Positions 29,176-38,236 of a stretch of DNA of 64,000 bases are shown piece by piece. The DNA is from an uncultured bacterium (GTDB lineage Bacteria; Desulfobacterota_D; UBA1144; Nemesobacterales; UBA2774). The position numbers and the translations under genes are program-made. The stretch's first letter is position 1. Each line of letters starts with the position of its first letter. The DNA lies in NCBI GenBank assembly GCA_963825135.1, contig CAWGRW010000009.1, positions 192,001-256,000 on the forward strand. Reading direction: 5' to 3'. The notes under the pieces were generated by a model. The model was not told where the DNA came from. It saw only the letters and a program-made list of their open reading frames with translations, and searched no databases.

Positions 29176-30036
29176 CTATATGGACTGCCCGTGCAGGAGC
29201 TCTCTTTGAGACGGCTTTGTCGCGCCCCCGTCGGGCTCGACCGTGACCAGGAACCTCTCTACGTCGCCGTATTTCTTAAGCGATTCCACCTTCACGACGC
29301 TGTTGCCCTCGCTGTCCACGTCGAAAACGCCTACGCTCTTCGGGACCCCGTGCACGATTACCCACCACTGGTAGGTTTTGCCGGGAGGCGCATCGGGTAG
29401 GTGGAGGCAATAAAGAAGCGCGTCGTTCTCCTCCTTGTCCCAGAGCACCCTTCCTGCCGCCCGGACCTCCGGTCTCGACTTCTTCATCCGTATGAGGACT
29501 ATCTCGGGGTCCTTCATGAATTCGGTTATGTCCTCGATGCTTGCGAGCTTGGCCTTTAGGCCCCCCACCATCCCCTCCCTGTCTGTGAGCAGGTTCTTCA
29601 GGGATTTTATCTCTTCCTCCTGCCCAGAGACCTTGGCGTTAAGGATCCCGACCATCGCTTTCTCCCGGCGGAGATTCCCTCTGAGCGAGAGGTCGTTCAC
29701 GAACAGGAAAACAATGACGCCCGCCGCGAGCGCCCCGCCTAGCCCGAAAAAGTAGGGCCTCAGCCTTTCCATGAAGCCGCCCGTCTGCACGGGTCTCCGC
29801 CTGAGCGCGCTTTTCCTCGCGTACTCGAGTATCTCGCTCCTGACGCGGGGACCGGGCGAAGCGGCGCCACTCGAATAAGAGAGCAGGGACGCCGCGTTCT
29901 CGTATTCATTAAGGAGCTCCTTCGCCTGCGGCGGGCCCTCGCTTATAAGGCGCTCCGCCTCGCGCAGCTCCTCTCCCTCGAGCACGCCTAACGCGTAGAG
30001 TGGGATCAATTCTTCGAGTCTCCGGTCATCCGCCAT
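29176..30036 (-). CDS. Anti-sigma factor, RskA-like
   Basis: LYALGVL N terminus, single TM, coiled coil, C-terminal PPGKTYQWW...SVGVF...VTVEPDGG. Confidence 0.88.
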   Translation of the reverse strand: MADDRRLEELIPLYALGVLEGEELREAERLISEGPPQAKELLNEYENAASLLSYSSGAASPGPRVRSEILEYARKSALRRRPVQTGGFMERLRPYFFGLGGALAAGVIVFLFVNDLSLRGNLRREKAMVGILNAKVSGQEEEIKSLKNLLTDREGMVGGLKAKLASIEDITEFMKDPEIVLIRMKKSRPEVRAAGRVLWDKEENDALLYCLHLPDAPPGKTYQWWVIVHGVPKSVGVFDVDSEGNSVVKVESLKKYGDVERFLVTVEPDGGATKPSQRELLHGQSI

Positions 30037-30336
30037 AAAATAATGGGTCTCACTATCGAGCTTGCGGGATTTATCGTCAATCTAATATAAATTAAGACGC
30101 CGCACAAATAAATATACGGAGATAAACGATATTCGGTTTAATCGACCGTATGTATATTATAACCGCTTAAAACAGGAGGGAAGAAGGTCGTCGCCCCCAC
30201 CCCGGCGCCGACCGGGCGGAGACAAATACGACGCGGCTATATATTTAAACGGGATGTATATTTATTATGTTATATTCTTGTAACCGAATTACACGAATCG
30301 GAATTTGTCTTAGTCAAACAAGGAAGATAGAGACGG

Positions 30337-30921
30337 ATGACAATGCCTTCGGCTGAGACCAGACGTATACCTGAAATCGAGCGTGAGCTGAGAGAGCTCA
30401 TAAGCAAGATCTCGCGCGGATGCGAGTCGGCGCTCGGGAAGCTCTACGACAGGATGATATCCCAGGTCTACGGGCTCGCGCTCAAGATTCTCCGCAGCAA
30501 CTCCGAAGCGGACGAGGTAACTATAGACGTATTCAAGCAGATATGGGATAAGGCCTCGGGCTATACGCCCGACCGCGGAAGCCCGTCGGCGTGGCTGATT
30601 ACGCTTACGAGGAGCCGCGCGATAGACAAGCTCCGGTCGGACACGAAGAGGAGGAGCTTACAGGATCCGCTCCACGACGACATCCCCTCGAATATAGACC
30701 CCCCTGATGAGACCACAGAGACGAGGCAGAAGCGCGCGCTCATCGATAAGGCCCTCTCGGAGCTCCCCCCCAAGCAGAGGGAATCCATAGAGCTCGCCTA
30801 CTTTCACGGGCTCACTCAGACGGAGATATCCGCCCGTATGAACGAGCCGCTCGGCACCGTTAAGAGCTGGATGCGGGCCGGGATGACGAGGCTCCGCGAG
30901 ATCATAGGCGCCGGGTACTAA
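30337..30921 (+). CDS. ECF RNA polymerase sigma factor (SigK-like)
   Basis: LYDR, AWLITLTRSRAIDKLR, LAYFHGLTQTEIS, PLGTVKSWMRAG. Confidence 0.93.
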   Translation: MTMPSAETRRIPEIERELRELISKISRGCESALGKLYDRMISQVYGLALKILRSNSEADEVTIDVFKQIWDKASGYTPDRGSPSAWLITLTRSRAIDKLRSDTKRRSLQDPLHDDIPSNIDPPDETTETRQKRALIDKALSELPPKQRESIELAYFHGLTQTEISARMNEPLGTVKSWMRAGMTRLREIIGAGY

Positions 30922-30936
30922 TCCGCCGCCCCGGTC

Positions 30937-31276
30937 CTAAAGCGGCAGGCCGAGCTTTCCGCCAAGCGCCGCGTATCCGAGAAAAAGCACCACCATCACC
31001 CCGAGGACGCCGCCATAGACAGCCGGAAATTGCAGCCGTGCCGGAGCATCCGCGGCAGGATGAGAAAGAAGAGAAGCGTGGGCAGCACGAAGCGGCCGAG
31101 AGGTCGGCGATCCGTCCCGCGTCCCTGGTATCGGCATAGAGCCATGCCACTGCGAGGAGAGATGTCAGCGGAAGGGCCGCCAGCATGGCGGCGAAAGCCG
31201 TGTGCCTCTTGCCGAGCTCCGACACGCCCGCGATCACGAGCGCCGTTAATACGGTCTTAACAATGAAATATATCAT
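30937..31276 (-). pseudogene. DUF3147-family membrane protein, frameshifted or small deletion near 31090
   Basis: VIAGVSELGKR, AALPLTSLL, WLY; the C terminus continues in another frame. Confidence 0.65.
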
Positions 31277-31418
31277 CTCCCGCTCCTTCCCAGCCGATAT
31301 AATTGATATTAAACTACTCCCTGTCCGTTATGCCTGGAATAATCGGTACAGCCGGGTTTGGAAACTATATACTTTTCCGGCTCTGTTTGAACGGGCATGA
31401 ACAGTCGGAGGAAAGAAC

Positions 31419-32384
31419 TTGAAAATCACTTCTTATATCATTGGCGACGACCTGCACCTCGAAGAAGAAACCTCAGTCACCTCTTTCTCGGAAAGGATAA
31501 AAGACGGCAGGCCCAGATGGGTCGACATCGTAGGCCCGGCAGACGACGAGCTGAGGAGCGTGCTCACGCCCCTCGTCCACGACGATTCATTGATCGAGAA
31601 TTTTATATTGATGGAGCGGAACCTCCCCGTAGCGCATTCGGAAAAAGAGCTCTACTTCGAATTCCCCCTAATCAGGGACACGGCCTCGTTCGATCTCGAA
31701 AACGTATCCTTCCTCTGCATGCCTCATCTCCTTATCACGATCCACGACGAGGAGATCGAAGTACTGAACAAGCTTTCCCAGGACCTGTGCAAACACCTCC
31801 ATCTGCAGAGGGCCACGATTGCTTCCCTCCTGTTCAACCTGATGGCCGAGCTCGTGGAGAAAAACTACTATCTCTACAGGGACCAGAGGGAGGAGATCAC
31901 GAAGATAAGCAACAAGGTAATAATGGGAGAGGACTCGATCGACGTCAGGACCATTCTTCATCTGAAGAAGAATATCGGGCGCGTGAATATCATGGTCGAG
32001 GACCAGCTCTACTGCATCAACACCATACAGGTATACGAAGGGGTGGCTTTCGATATCGGCAAGCAGCGGAGGAATTTCAACTACCTCGAGGACGAGGTGC
32101 GTAACGGCTTCAGGTTCCTGAGCAGGTACGAGAACAGGCTCGAGGACATACACAAACACTATGAGCTCATGCTCCAGGAGAGGACGAACAACAGGCTCAA
32201 GGTGCTGACCATAGTGGCGGCCGTATTCCTGCCCCTTAACCTCGTGGCCGGCATCTACGGTATGAACTTCGAGAATATACCGACTCTCAAATGGGAATTC
32301 GGGTACCACGCCGCGCTCGGTTTCATGCTGTTAGTGGCGGTCTCGATGGTTTATTACTTCTACCGCCGCGGCTGGTTCAAGTGA
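31419..32384 (+). CDS. corA: CorA-family divalent cation transporter
   Basis: LKVLTI..FLPLNLVAGIYGMNF signature, two C-terminal TMs, RRGWF. Confidence 0.9.
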   Translation: MKITSYIIGDDLHLEEETSVTSFSERIKDGRPRWVDIVGPADDELRSVLTPLVHDDSLIENFILMERNLPVAHSEKELYFEFPLIRDTASFDLENVSFLCMPHLLITIHDEEIEVLNKLSQDLCKHLHLQRATIASLLFNLMAELVEKNYYLYRDQREEITKISNKVIMGEDSIDVRTILHLKKNIGRVNIMVEDQLYCINTIQVYEGVAFDIGKQRRNFNYLEDEVRNGFRFLSRYENRLEDIHKHYELMLQERTNNRLKVLTIVAAVFLPLNLVAGIYGMNFENIPTLKWEFGYHAALGFMLLVAVSMVYYFYRRGWFK

Positions 32385-32548
32385 CCGGCTCTCGCCGGGC
32401 TAGTTCAATTTCTCCCGGGCGGTGACCGCGCGGAAGAGTTAGCCCGGAACCCTCGTCTGAATACTAAAATCCTCCTCCGCCCGATCCTGATGTAAAATAT
32501 AGGTCAGCCAGGATGGAAATTGTCAAAGAGAGCACAAAGGCGGCAGCA

Positions 32549-34795
32549 ATGAATTTCGAGCGAATGTTACTCTCCACGACCGTATTAATCCCCCTCGCGA
32601 TCACCGCGGTCATATCGGCCGCGCTCCTGTTCTTCCCGCTGGCCGGGGCTCTCGGCTTCGAGTACTCGGCCGTCATGGGGTTCGTCCTCTCCTTCATATC
32701 CGTATTCGTATCGGCGGAGCTCATGGGCGGCGAATACAAGTCCCACTCGTCGGGGAAGAGGCTCTCGGACAGGGTATCGTCCATACTCCTCGTCTGCTCC
32801 TTCTTCCTGGTCCTCGTGTACCTGATCGGGCTCCTGGGCTCGCTCCTCAAGGGGGACTGCTACATACGGGAGGGGACGGTATTCTTCCTCCTGATCCCGG
32901 TCGTGAGCGTATTCTTCTCGTCCTCCCTCGGGCTCCTGACCGGGTATATCCTGCGCGGCAGGGGTTTCATCGCCGGGGCCCTGATACTGATCGGGATATT
33001 CGCGTATTCTCTCTGGGAGCTCTACAGCGAGCCCTCGCTCTTCGTCTATAACCCGCTCTACGGATTCTTCCCCGGCCCCATCTACGACGAGGCGATACCG
33101 GTCACGGACACGCTCATCGTCTACAGGCTCATGACCGCGCTCTGGGGGCTGCTCTTCCTCGCGCTCCTTCAGCTCGCCAACGGCCTCGGATACAGGAGGG
33201 TCGGCCTCTGGGATTTCGTGAAGGTCTCGGTCGTCGGTATAGCGCTCATCGTCGCGTACTCCCACGAGCACGAGTCGGGCGTCAGCTACGACAGGGCGTA
33301 CATAACCGGCGAAATCCTCCCCGCGTCCGTGGAAACGGACCACTTCATAATTTACTACGACCCGTCCTCACCCGACGCGAAGCGTATAAACCTCATCGCC
33401 GGGGACCACGAATGGAGGTACAGGGAGTTAAGCGAATTCCTCGATCTCAATCCCGGCCCCGGGTCCATGGAGAAAATCCGCTCCTACGTCTATCCCGATA
33501 CCGATACGCGGAAGAGGGTCGTCGGCGCGGGAGATACCACCATTGCGAACCCGATACACAAGGAGATACACCTCGTTTACGATACGTTTCCCCAGCCCGT
33601 GCTCAAGCACGAGCTCACCCACGTCATGGCGGGGGACTTCGGGACGAAGATACTCCGCATGAGCCCCAAGATCGGGCTCCTCGAAGGACTCGCCGTGGCC
33701 GCCGACTGGAGCGGCGACGGCTACGACCCGCACCAATGGTCAAAAGCGATCATCCACAACGGCCAGGCCCCCGACATCGCGGACATAACGGGTTTCGGGT
33801 TCTGGTACGCGCCCCCGGCCCTGAGCTACACCCTCATGGGCTCTTTCTCGAGGTATCTCATCGACACCTACGGCATAGAGAAATTCAAGACCGTTTACAG
33901 GACGGGCGATTTTTCAGTCTACGGCAAGGGCCTCCCGGAGCTCGTCTCGGACTGGAAAAAGTTTCTCGACGGAGTGGACGCCCCCGCCGAGATAAACGCG
34001 CTCGCGAAAGCCAGGTTCGGCGCGCCCAGCATCTTCACGGCCTCGTGCCCGAGAAGGGTCGCCGCTCTAAAAGCGGAGGGGTTTAAATATTACGGGGACG
34101 ACAATTTCTGGAAGGCGAGAGAGAGATTCAAAGAAGCGCTCCGGTACGACGGCCGGGACCCGGTGCTGCTGAACGGGCTCGCGTATTCGAACTACTACGA
34201 GGGCGACTACGGCGAGGCCGAGAAAATAGCGGAGACGCCGGGCGCGCTCACGGAGGCCGACAGGGCGGTGCTCGGGAACCTCAGGGGGAACGCCCTCTGG
34301 CAGTCGGGCGACACGAAAGCGGCGGCCGGGATTTTCAGCTCCTTACGGCCGGGCCCCCTGCCCGACGACCTCAAGAGGGAGATAGACATAAAGCTCTCGG
34401 CCATAGGGACGGGCGGCACGCCTGAAGGGAGCGTAAGCGAGTTCTTCTCGACGAGGGACAGGACGCTTCAGGCCGCATCCCTCTCGGAATCGATACTGAA
34501 TTCTCCCGAATACTCACCGCCCTACTATCTCATGGGGAGGCTATTCTTCAACACCGGTGATTATCAAAGGGCGATACCCTATCTGTCCATGGCGGACTAT
34601 CTGGGCCTCCCTTCGGCCGAGCTCACGCAAGAGAACCTGCGCATACTCGGCATTTCCCTCTTCGCAGCCGGCAGGTACGACGAATCGGCCGCCGTGTGGA
34701 GCCGCCTCGCCTCCGGGGACGACCCGGAGCTCAGGGAATACGCGTCCGACTTCCTTCGCAGGATCGAGTGGGGCAGGAACAACCTGTTGAAGTAA
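32549..34795 (+). CDS. Multi-pass membrane protein with HExxH metallopeptidase-like domain and C-terminal TPRs
   Basis: Several N-terminal TMs; LKHELTH followed by LLEGLAVA; TPR-like helices. Start may be 32513. Confidence 0.7.
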   Translation: MNFERMLLSTTVLIPLAITAVISAALLFFPLAGALGFEYSAVMGFVLSFISVFVSAELMGGEYKSHSSGKRLSDRVSSILLVCSFFLVLVYLIGLLGSLLKGDCYIREGTVFFLLIPVVSVFFSSSLGLLTGYILRGRGFIAGALILIGIFAYSLWELYSEPSLFVYNPLYGFFPGPIYDEAIPVTDTLIVYRLMTALWGLLFLALLQLANGLGYRRVGLWDFVKVSVVGIALIVAYSHEHESGVSYDRAYITGEILPASVETDHFIIYYDPSSPDAKRINLIAGDHEWRYRELSEFLDLNPGPGSMEKIRSYVYPDTDTRKRVVGAGDTTIANPIHKEIHLVYDTFPQPVLKHELTHVMAGDFGTKILRMSPKIGLLEGLAVAADWSGDGYDPHQWSKAIIHNGQAPDIADITGFGFWYAPPALSYTLMGSFSRYLIDTYGIEKFKTVYRTGDFSVYGKGLPELVSDWKKFLDGVDAPAEINALAKARFGAPSIFTASCPRRVAALKAEGFKYYGDDNFWKARERFKEALRYDGRDPVLLNGLAYSNYYEGDYGEAEKIAETPGALTEADRAVLGNLRGNALWQSGDTKAAAGIFSSLRPGPLPDDLKREIDIKLSAIGTGGTPEGSVSEFFSTRDRTLQAASLSESILNSPEYSPPYYLMGRLFFNTGDYQRAIPYLSMADYLGLPSAELTQENLRILGISLFAAGRYDESAAVWSRLASGDDPELREYASDFLRRIEWGRNNLLK

Positions 34796-34828
34796 TCGTT
34801 TAATCCTATATAATCTTAGCTTCCGAAA

Positions 34829-35314
34829 ATGGACAGATACAGAAAAGCCGCGGTCATCACAGTACTCGTAGTCGTAATCGACCAGTTGTCCAAGTGGCTC
34901 GTGATCAAGTACGTGCCGCTCTACGGCAGGGTGAACCTGCTCCCGTTCCTCGACGTGACCCACATCAGGAACCCCGGGGCCGCGTTCGGCATCTTCCGGG
35001 AAATGCCCGAGTCGCTCAGGCTCCCGTTATTCATAGTCGTGCTCCTGGCCGCCGTCGTGGTCATCATATACTTCCTCTCGAAGACCGGGAAGCAGGACAG
35101 GCTCCTCGTCTTCTCTCTATCCCTCATACTAGGCGGGGCGATAGGAAATTCCATAGACAGGTTCAGGCTCCGCTACGTTACGGACTTCATAGACTTCCAC
35201 TGGTTCGGCAACCCCGCGCTCCACTGGCCGCCGTTTAACCTCTCGGATTCGGCCATTACCATCGGCGTCATACTGATACTTTTCGACACATTCATCCTTA
35301 AACGGGGCAGATAG
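34829..35314 (+). CDS. lspA: Lipoprotein signal peptidase II
   Basis: DQLSK, NPGAAFG, GGAIGNSIDR, VTDFI, WPPFNLSD. Confidence 0.96.
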   Translation: MDRYRKAAVITVLVVVIDQLSKWLVIKYVPLYGRVNLLPFLDVTHIRNPGAAFGIFREMPESLRLPLFIVVLLAAVVVIIYFLSKTGKQDRLLVFSLSLILGGAIGNSIDRFRLRYVTDFIDFHWFGNPALHWPPFNLSDSAITIGVILILFDTFILKRGR

Positions 35315-35316
35315 AC

Positions 35317-35928
35317 ATGTTCACGGGGATAGTAGAGGACACAGGGACTGTCACGGCGATTAAACGCCGCTCCAGGGAATCCTCTTTCACTTTCAGCGTA
35401 GGCAGGATCGACTTAAATGAGGTATCAGCGGGGGAGAGTATATCCGTAAACGGCGTGTGCCTCACCGTTACCTCGCTCGAAGGCGATACGTTCACGGCCG
35501 ACGCGTCGCGCGAGACCCTTTCGAGGACCGGCCTCGGGAAGCTCAGGGTCGGCGGCAGGGTGAACCTCGAGCGCTCTCTTCGGGCCGGGGACAGGATGGG
35601 CGGGCACATCGTGAGCGGGCACGTGGACGGGGTTGGCAAGGTCAAATCGAAAAAGAAGCGGGGAACGTCCGTGGAATTCAGGTTCGCGGCCCCGGACGGG
35701 ATCATGAAATATATCGTCGAGAAAGGCTCGGTCGCCATAGACGGCGTGAGCCTCACCGTAAACGCGGTCGAGGGCGGGGAATTCACCGTGAACATCATCC
35801 CCTACACGCTCTCGGAAACCACGTTCGGAGCGCTCAGGACCGGGAATACGGTCAACATAGAGTGCGATATAATAGGGAAATACGTCGAGAGGTTCACGAC
35901 GGGCGCAAGAGACATAGAGACGGGCTAA
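35317..35928 (+). CDS. ribE: Riboflavin synthase (alpha)
   Basis: MFTGIVE, NGVCLTV, VNLER, GGHIVSGHVD, DGVSLTVN. Confidence 0.96.
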   Translation: MFTGIVEDTGTVTAIKRRSRESSFTFSVGRIDLNEVSAGESISVNGVCLTVTSLEGDTFTADASRETLSRTGLGKLRVGGRVNLERSLRAGDRMGGHIVSGHVDGVGKVKSKKKRGTSVEFRFAAPDGIMKYIVEKGSVAIDGVSLTVNAVEGGEFTVNIIPYTLSETTFGALRTGNTVNIECDIIGKYVERFTTGARDIETG

Positions 35929-35938
35929 AGATCATCAG

Positions 35939-36464
35939 ATGACTCCTCCGCGGAAAAAACCGAAGAACATATTCCTCGTCGGCTTCATGGGAGCGGGCAA
36001 GACCACCATCGGCAGGATACTCGCCCGGACGCTCGGGTACAGGTACTGCGATTCCGACAAGGTGATAGAAACGAAAGCGGGGAAGACGGTCTCCGAAATA
36101 TTCTCGAGCCTAGGGAGAGTCTCGTTTCAGAGAGCTTGAATCGGAGACGCTCAATTCGCTCGCCGGGAAGGAAAAACAGGTGATAGCCACGGGCGGCGGC
36201 GCTGTGATGAGGGAGGAGAACCGGGAGGCGATGAAAAAGGGCGGGGTCACGGTCTATCTTAAAGCCCCCGTGAGCGTTATCTGGGAAAGGATCAGACTCA
36301 GCAAGACGCGTCCCCTGCTGAACGTGGACAATCCGCTCGAGGCCGCGGAAGAGCTCCTTCAAAAGCGCGCCCCTTTCTATGAATCCGCCGATATAACTAT
36401 CGATACGGAGAGCCTCACGCCCGAAGAAGCGGCTTCTGAGGTCATAAAGAAGCTCGGGATTTGA
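35939..36464 (+). CDS. aroK: Shikimate kinase, frameshifted near 36110-36125
   Basis: GFMGAGKTT in one frame; FRELE..VIATGGGAV..TRPLL..RAPFY in the next. Confidence 0.92.
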
Positions 36465-36480
36465 AAGGAAAGCTTTATAC

Positions 36481-37080
36481 TGTCATTTCGAGCAACAGTT
36501 GCAAGCGCGCGCGCAACCGGTCGTTGCTGGTTGATTGCAAATAACCTGAATCGACATGCGTATATAATCCGCGTAAACCAAAACGAGAAATCAATCTTTT
36601 ATCTTTGCTTTTGTTTTCTCCCGACATTACAGAATTTGCGTCAAGAAAATCGGATTGTACGAGTCGTTAAGAACTCTTACGCTAGGGACTCGGTCGGGAG
36701 TCCGAACGATTCAGCGAGCACAGTCGAGCATGTTAGCGACAATTACTGTAGAATTTGCGGATGAACATCGCGTGTTTAGCATCAAGGAAAAGAATTGAAA
36801 GATTTTAGCTTAAACACAAGATTTTTAGCGTAATTCTGTAGTCTTTTCGGAAACCACACTACGATTTTTGCTTCTTTTATCCAGGAAAAGAAGGATAATA
36901 TCACCTTCACCACTATCTTTTCTGTCTTTGCATAAACCACTATCGGTGCACGGAAGTTTTCATAATCCACACTTCGTGTGTTCATCAAGGAAAAGAAATA
37001 AATAACATTAGTTAGGTACCGCCCTCACCTTCACCCACAAAGCGGGGAGAGGGAATGACATACAGTGAGAGATCGTCACG
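36481..37080. repeat. Intergenic repeat mosaic homologous to 2424-2890
   Basis: 28-bp identity TTTTCTCCCGACATTACAGAATTTGCGT (36614-36641 = 2538-2565); AATT(A)CTGTAG right arms near 36741 and 36832; ATC(A/C)AGGAAAAGAA units near 36781, 36879 and 36984. Confidence 0.8.
36494..36583 (+). mobile_element. About 90-bp REP-inserted element, copy D (90 bp)
   Basis: AACAGTTGC-AAGCGCGCGC-GCAACCG-GTCG...TGATTGCAAATA...AAACCAAAA between TGTCATTTCGAGC and CGAGAAATC (intact form at 233-260). Confidence 0.7.
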
Positions 37081-37132
37081 CTGTGCGCCCCGCTTTGCCC
37101 TTCCTCGAAAAATTGATTAAGATAGTTGGGCC

Positions 37133-37822
37133 ATGCAGATGCGTTCCCCGAAACAGGCTCCCAGGAAGAAGAGAAGCTACGGGCTCGGCTCCGAGGAATG
37201 GATTGACATAACGGTGCCCCTGTCGGACGGCATGGTGCACTGGCCCGGAGACCCTCCGGTGAAGGTGTTCCGCGTCCGGGACATGGGAAAGGGGGACGAT
37301 TTCAACATGTCCGCCCTCTCCATGTCGGTGCACACGGCGACGCATCTCGACGCCCCTTCTCATTTCACGAAGCTCAAGACCGGGATAGACAAGATGCCCC
37401 TTTCGGCTGTCGTCGGCAACGCCCGCGTAATCGAGATCGCGGATAACGACTTTATAACCGCCGACGAGCTCCGCGCGCACCGCTTGAGAAAAGGGGAGCG
37501 CCTGCTTTTCAAGACCCGGAACTCGAAAAGGAAATGGGACAAGAAGCCCTTCGACCAGAATTTCGTACACCTCTCGACCGACGCCGCGAAATACCTTGTG
37601 GAGCGCCAGGTACAGACCATAGGGGTCGATTACCTGTCGATAGGGGGATACGAGGGGAACGTCAGCGAGGTCCATCACATAATACTCGCCGCCCGCATAT
37701 GGGTCATCGAGGGACTTGACCTCTCGCAGGTCGAGCCCGGGGATTACGAGATGATCTGCCTGCCGATAAAAATCGAGGATTGCGAAGGCGCCCCCGCCCG
37801 TGCATTGCTGAGGCCGGTTTAA
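37133..37822 (+). CDS. Cyclase family protein (kynurenine formamidase KynB-like)
   Basis: WPGDP, HTATHLDAPSHF, IGVDYLSI, IEGLDL, GAPARA. Confidence 0.88.
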   Translation: MQMRSPKQAPRKKRSYGLGSEEWIDITVPLSDGMVHWPGDPPVKVFRVRDMGKGDDFNMSALSMSVHTATHLDAPSHFTKLKTGIDKMPLSAVVGNARVIEIADNDFITADELRAHRLRKGERLLFKTRNSKRKWDKKPFDQNFVHLSTDAAKYLVERQVQTIGVDYLSIGGYEGNVSEVHHIILAARIWVIEGLDLSQVEPGDYEMICLPIKIEDCEGAPARALLRPV

Positions 37823-37879
37823 GAATTGAGCGCACTTAGTGTGATATTGCGAACCGTACTCCGGCCCGGTTCATGATTC

Positions 37880-38136
37880 ACTGCAATTCTCGCGAAAGCG
37901 GGAATCAATTCTTTAAATCAACAACGACGAAAAGACAGATTCTCGAACATGCGGGAATGACAAAATTATAAATCCTCCCTAACCATTTGGACTTCAGAAG
38001 GATGGAGCTGGAAGTTAAGTTACTTCTGTGCTATTTAAGAGGGCCTTGGCAGGCTCGCCCGTTCGCAACCAAACTTTTACTAAGGCGGGAATCAACAGTA
38101 TTTTCCCCCTTTGGAAAAGGGGAATTAACGGGAATT
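37880..38136. repeat. Intergenic REP mosaic
   Basis: TTCTCGCGAAAGCGGGAATC..GATTCTCG..CGGGAATGACA followed by AAATCCTCCCTAACC..AAGGCGGGA and TTCCCCCTTTGGAAAAGGGGAA. Confidence 0.75.
37985..38073 (-). mobile_element. About 90-bp REP-inserted element, copy B (89 bp)
   Basis: Plus strand starts ATTTGGACTT and ends CGTTCGCAACCAAA, collinear with copy A (30 of the first 50 nt identical, ungapped); same host repeat family as A. Confidence 0.7.
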
Positions 38137-38236
38137 AACCCGACTGCTCTCGATGTCCCCCGATACCATAACCCCCGTTCATTATGTATTCTTGTATATC
38201 CCGGCATCAAGGCCGATTAACATCCGGAGGTTTCAA

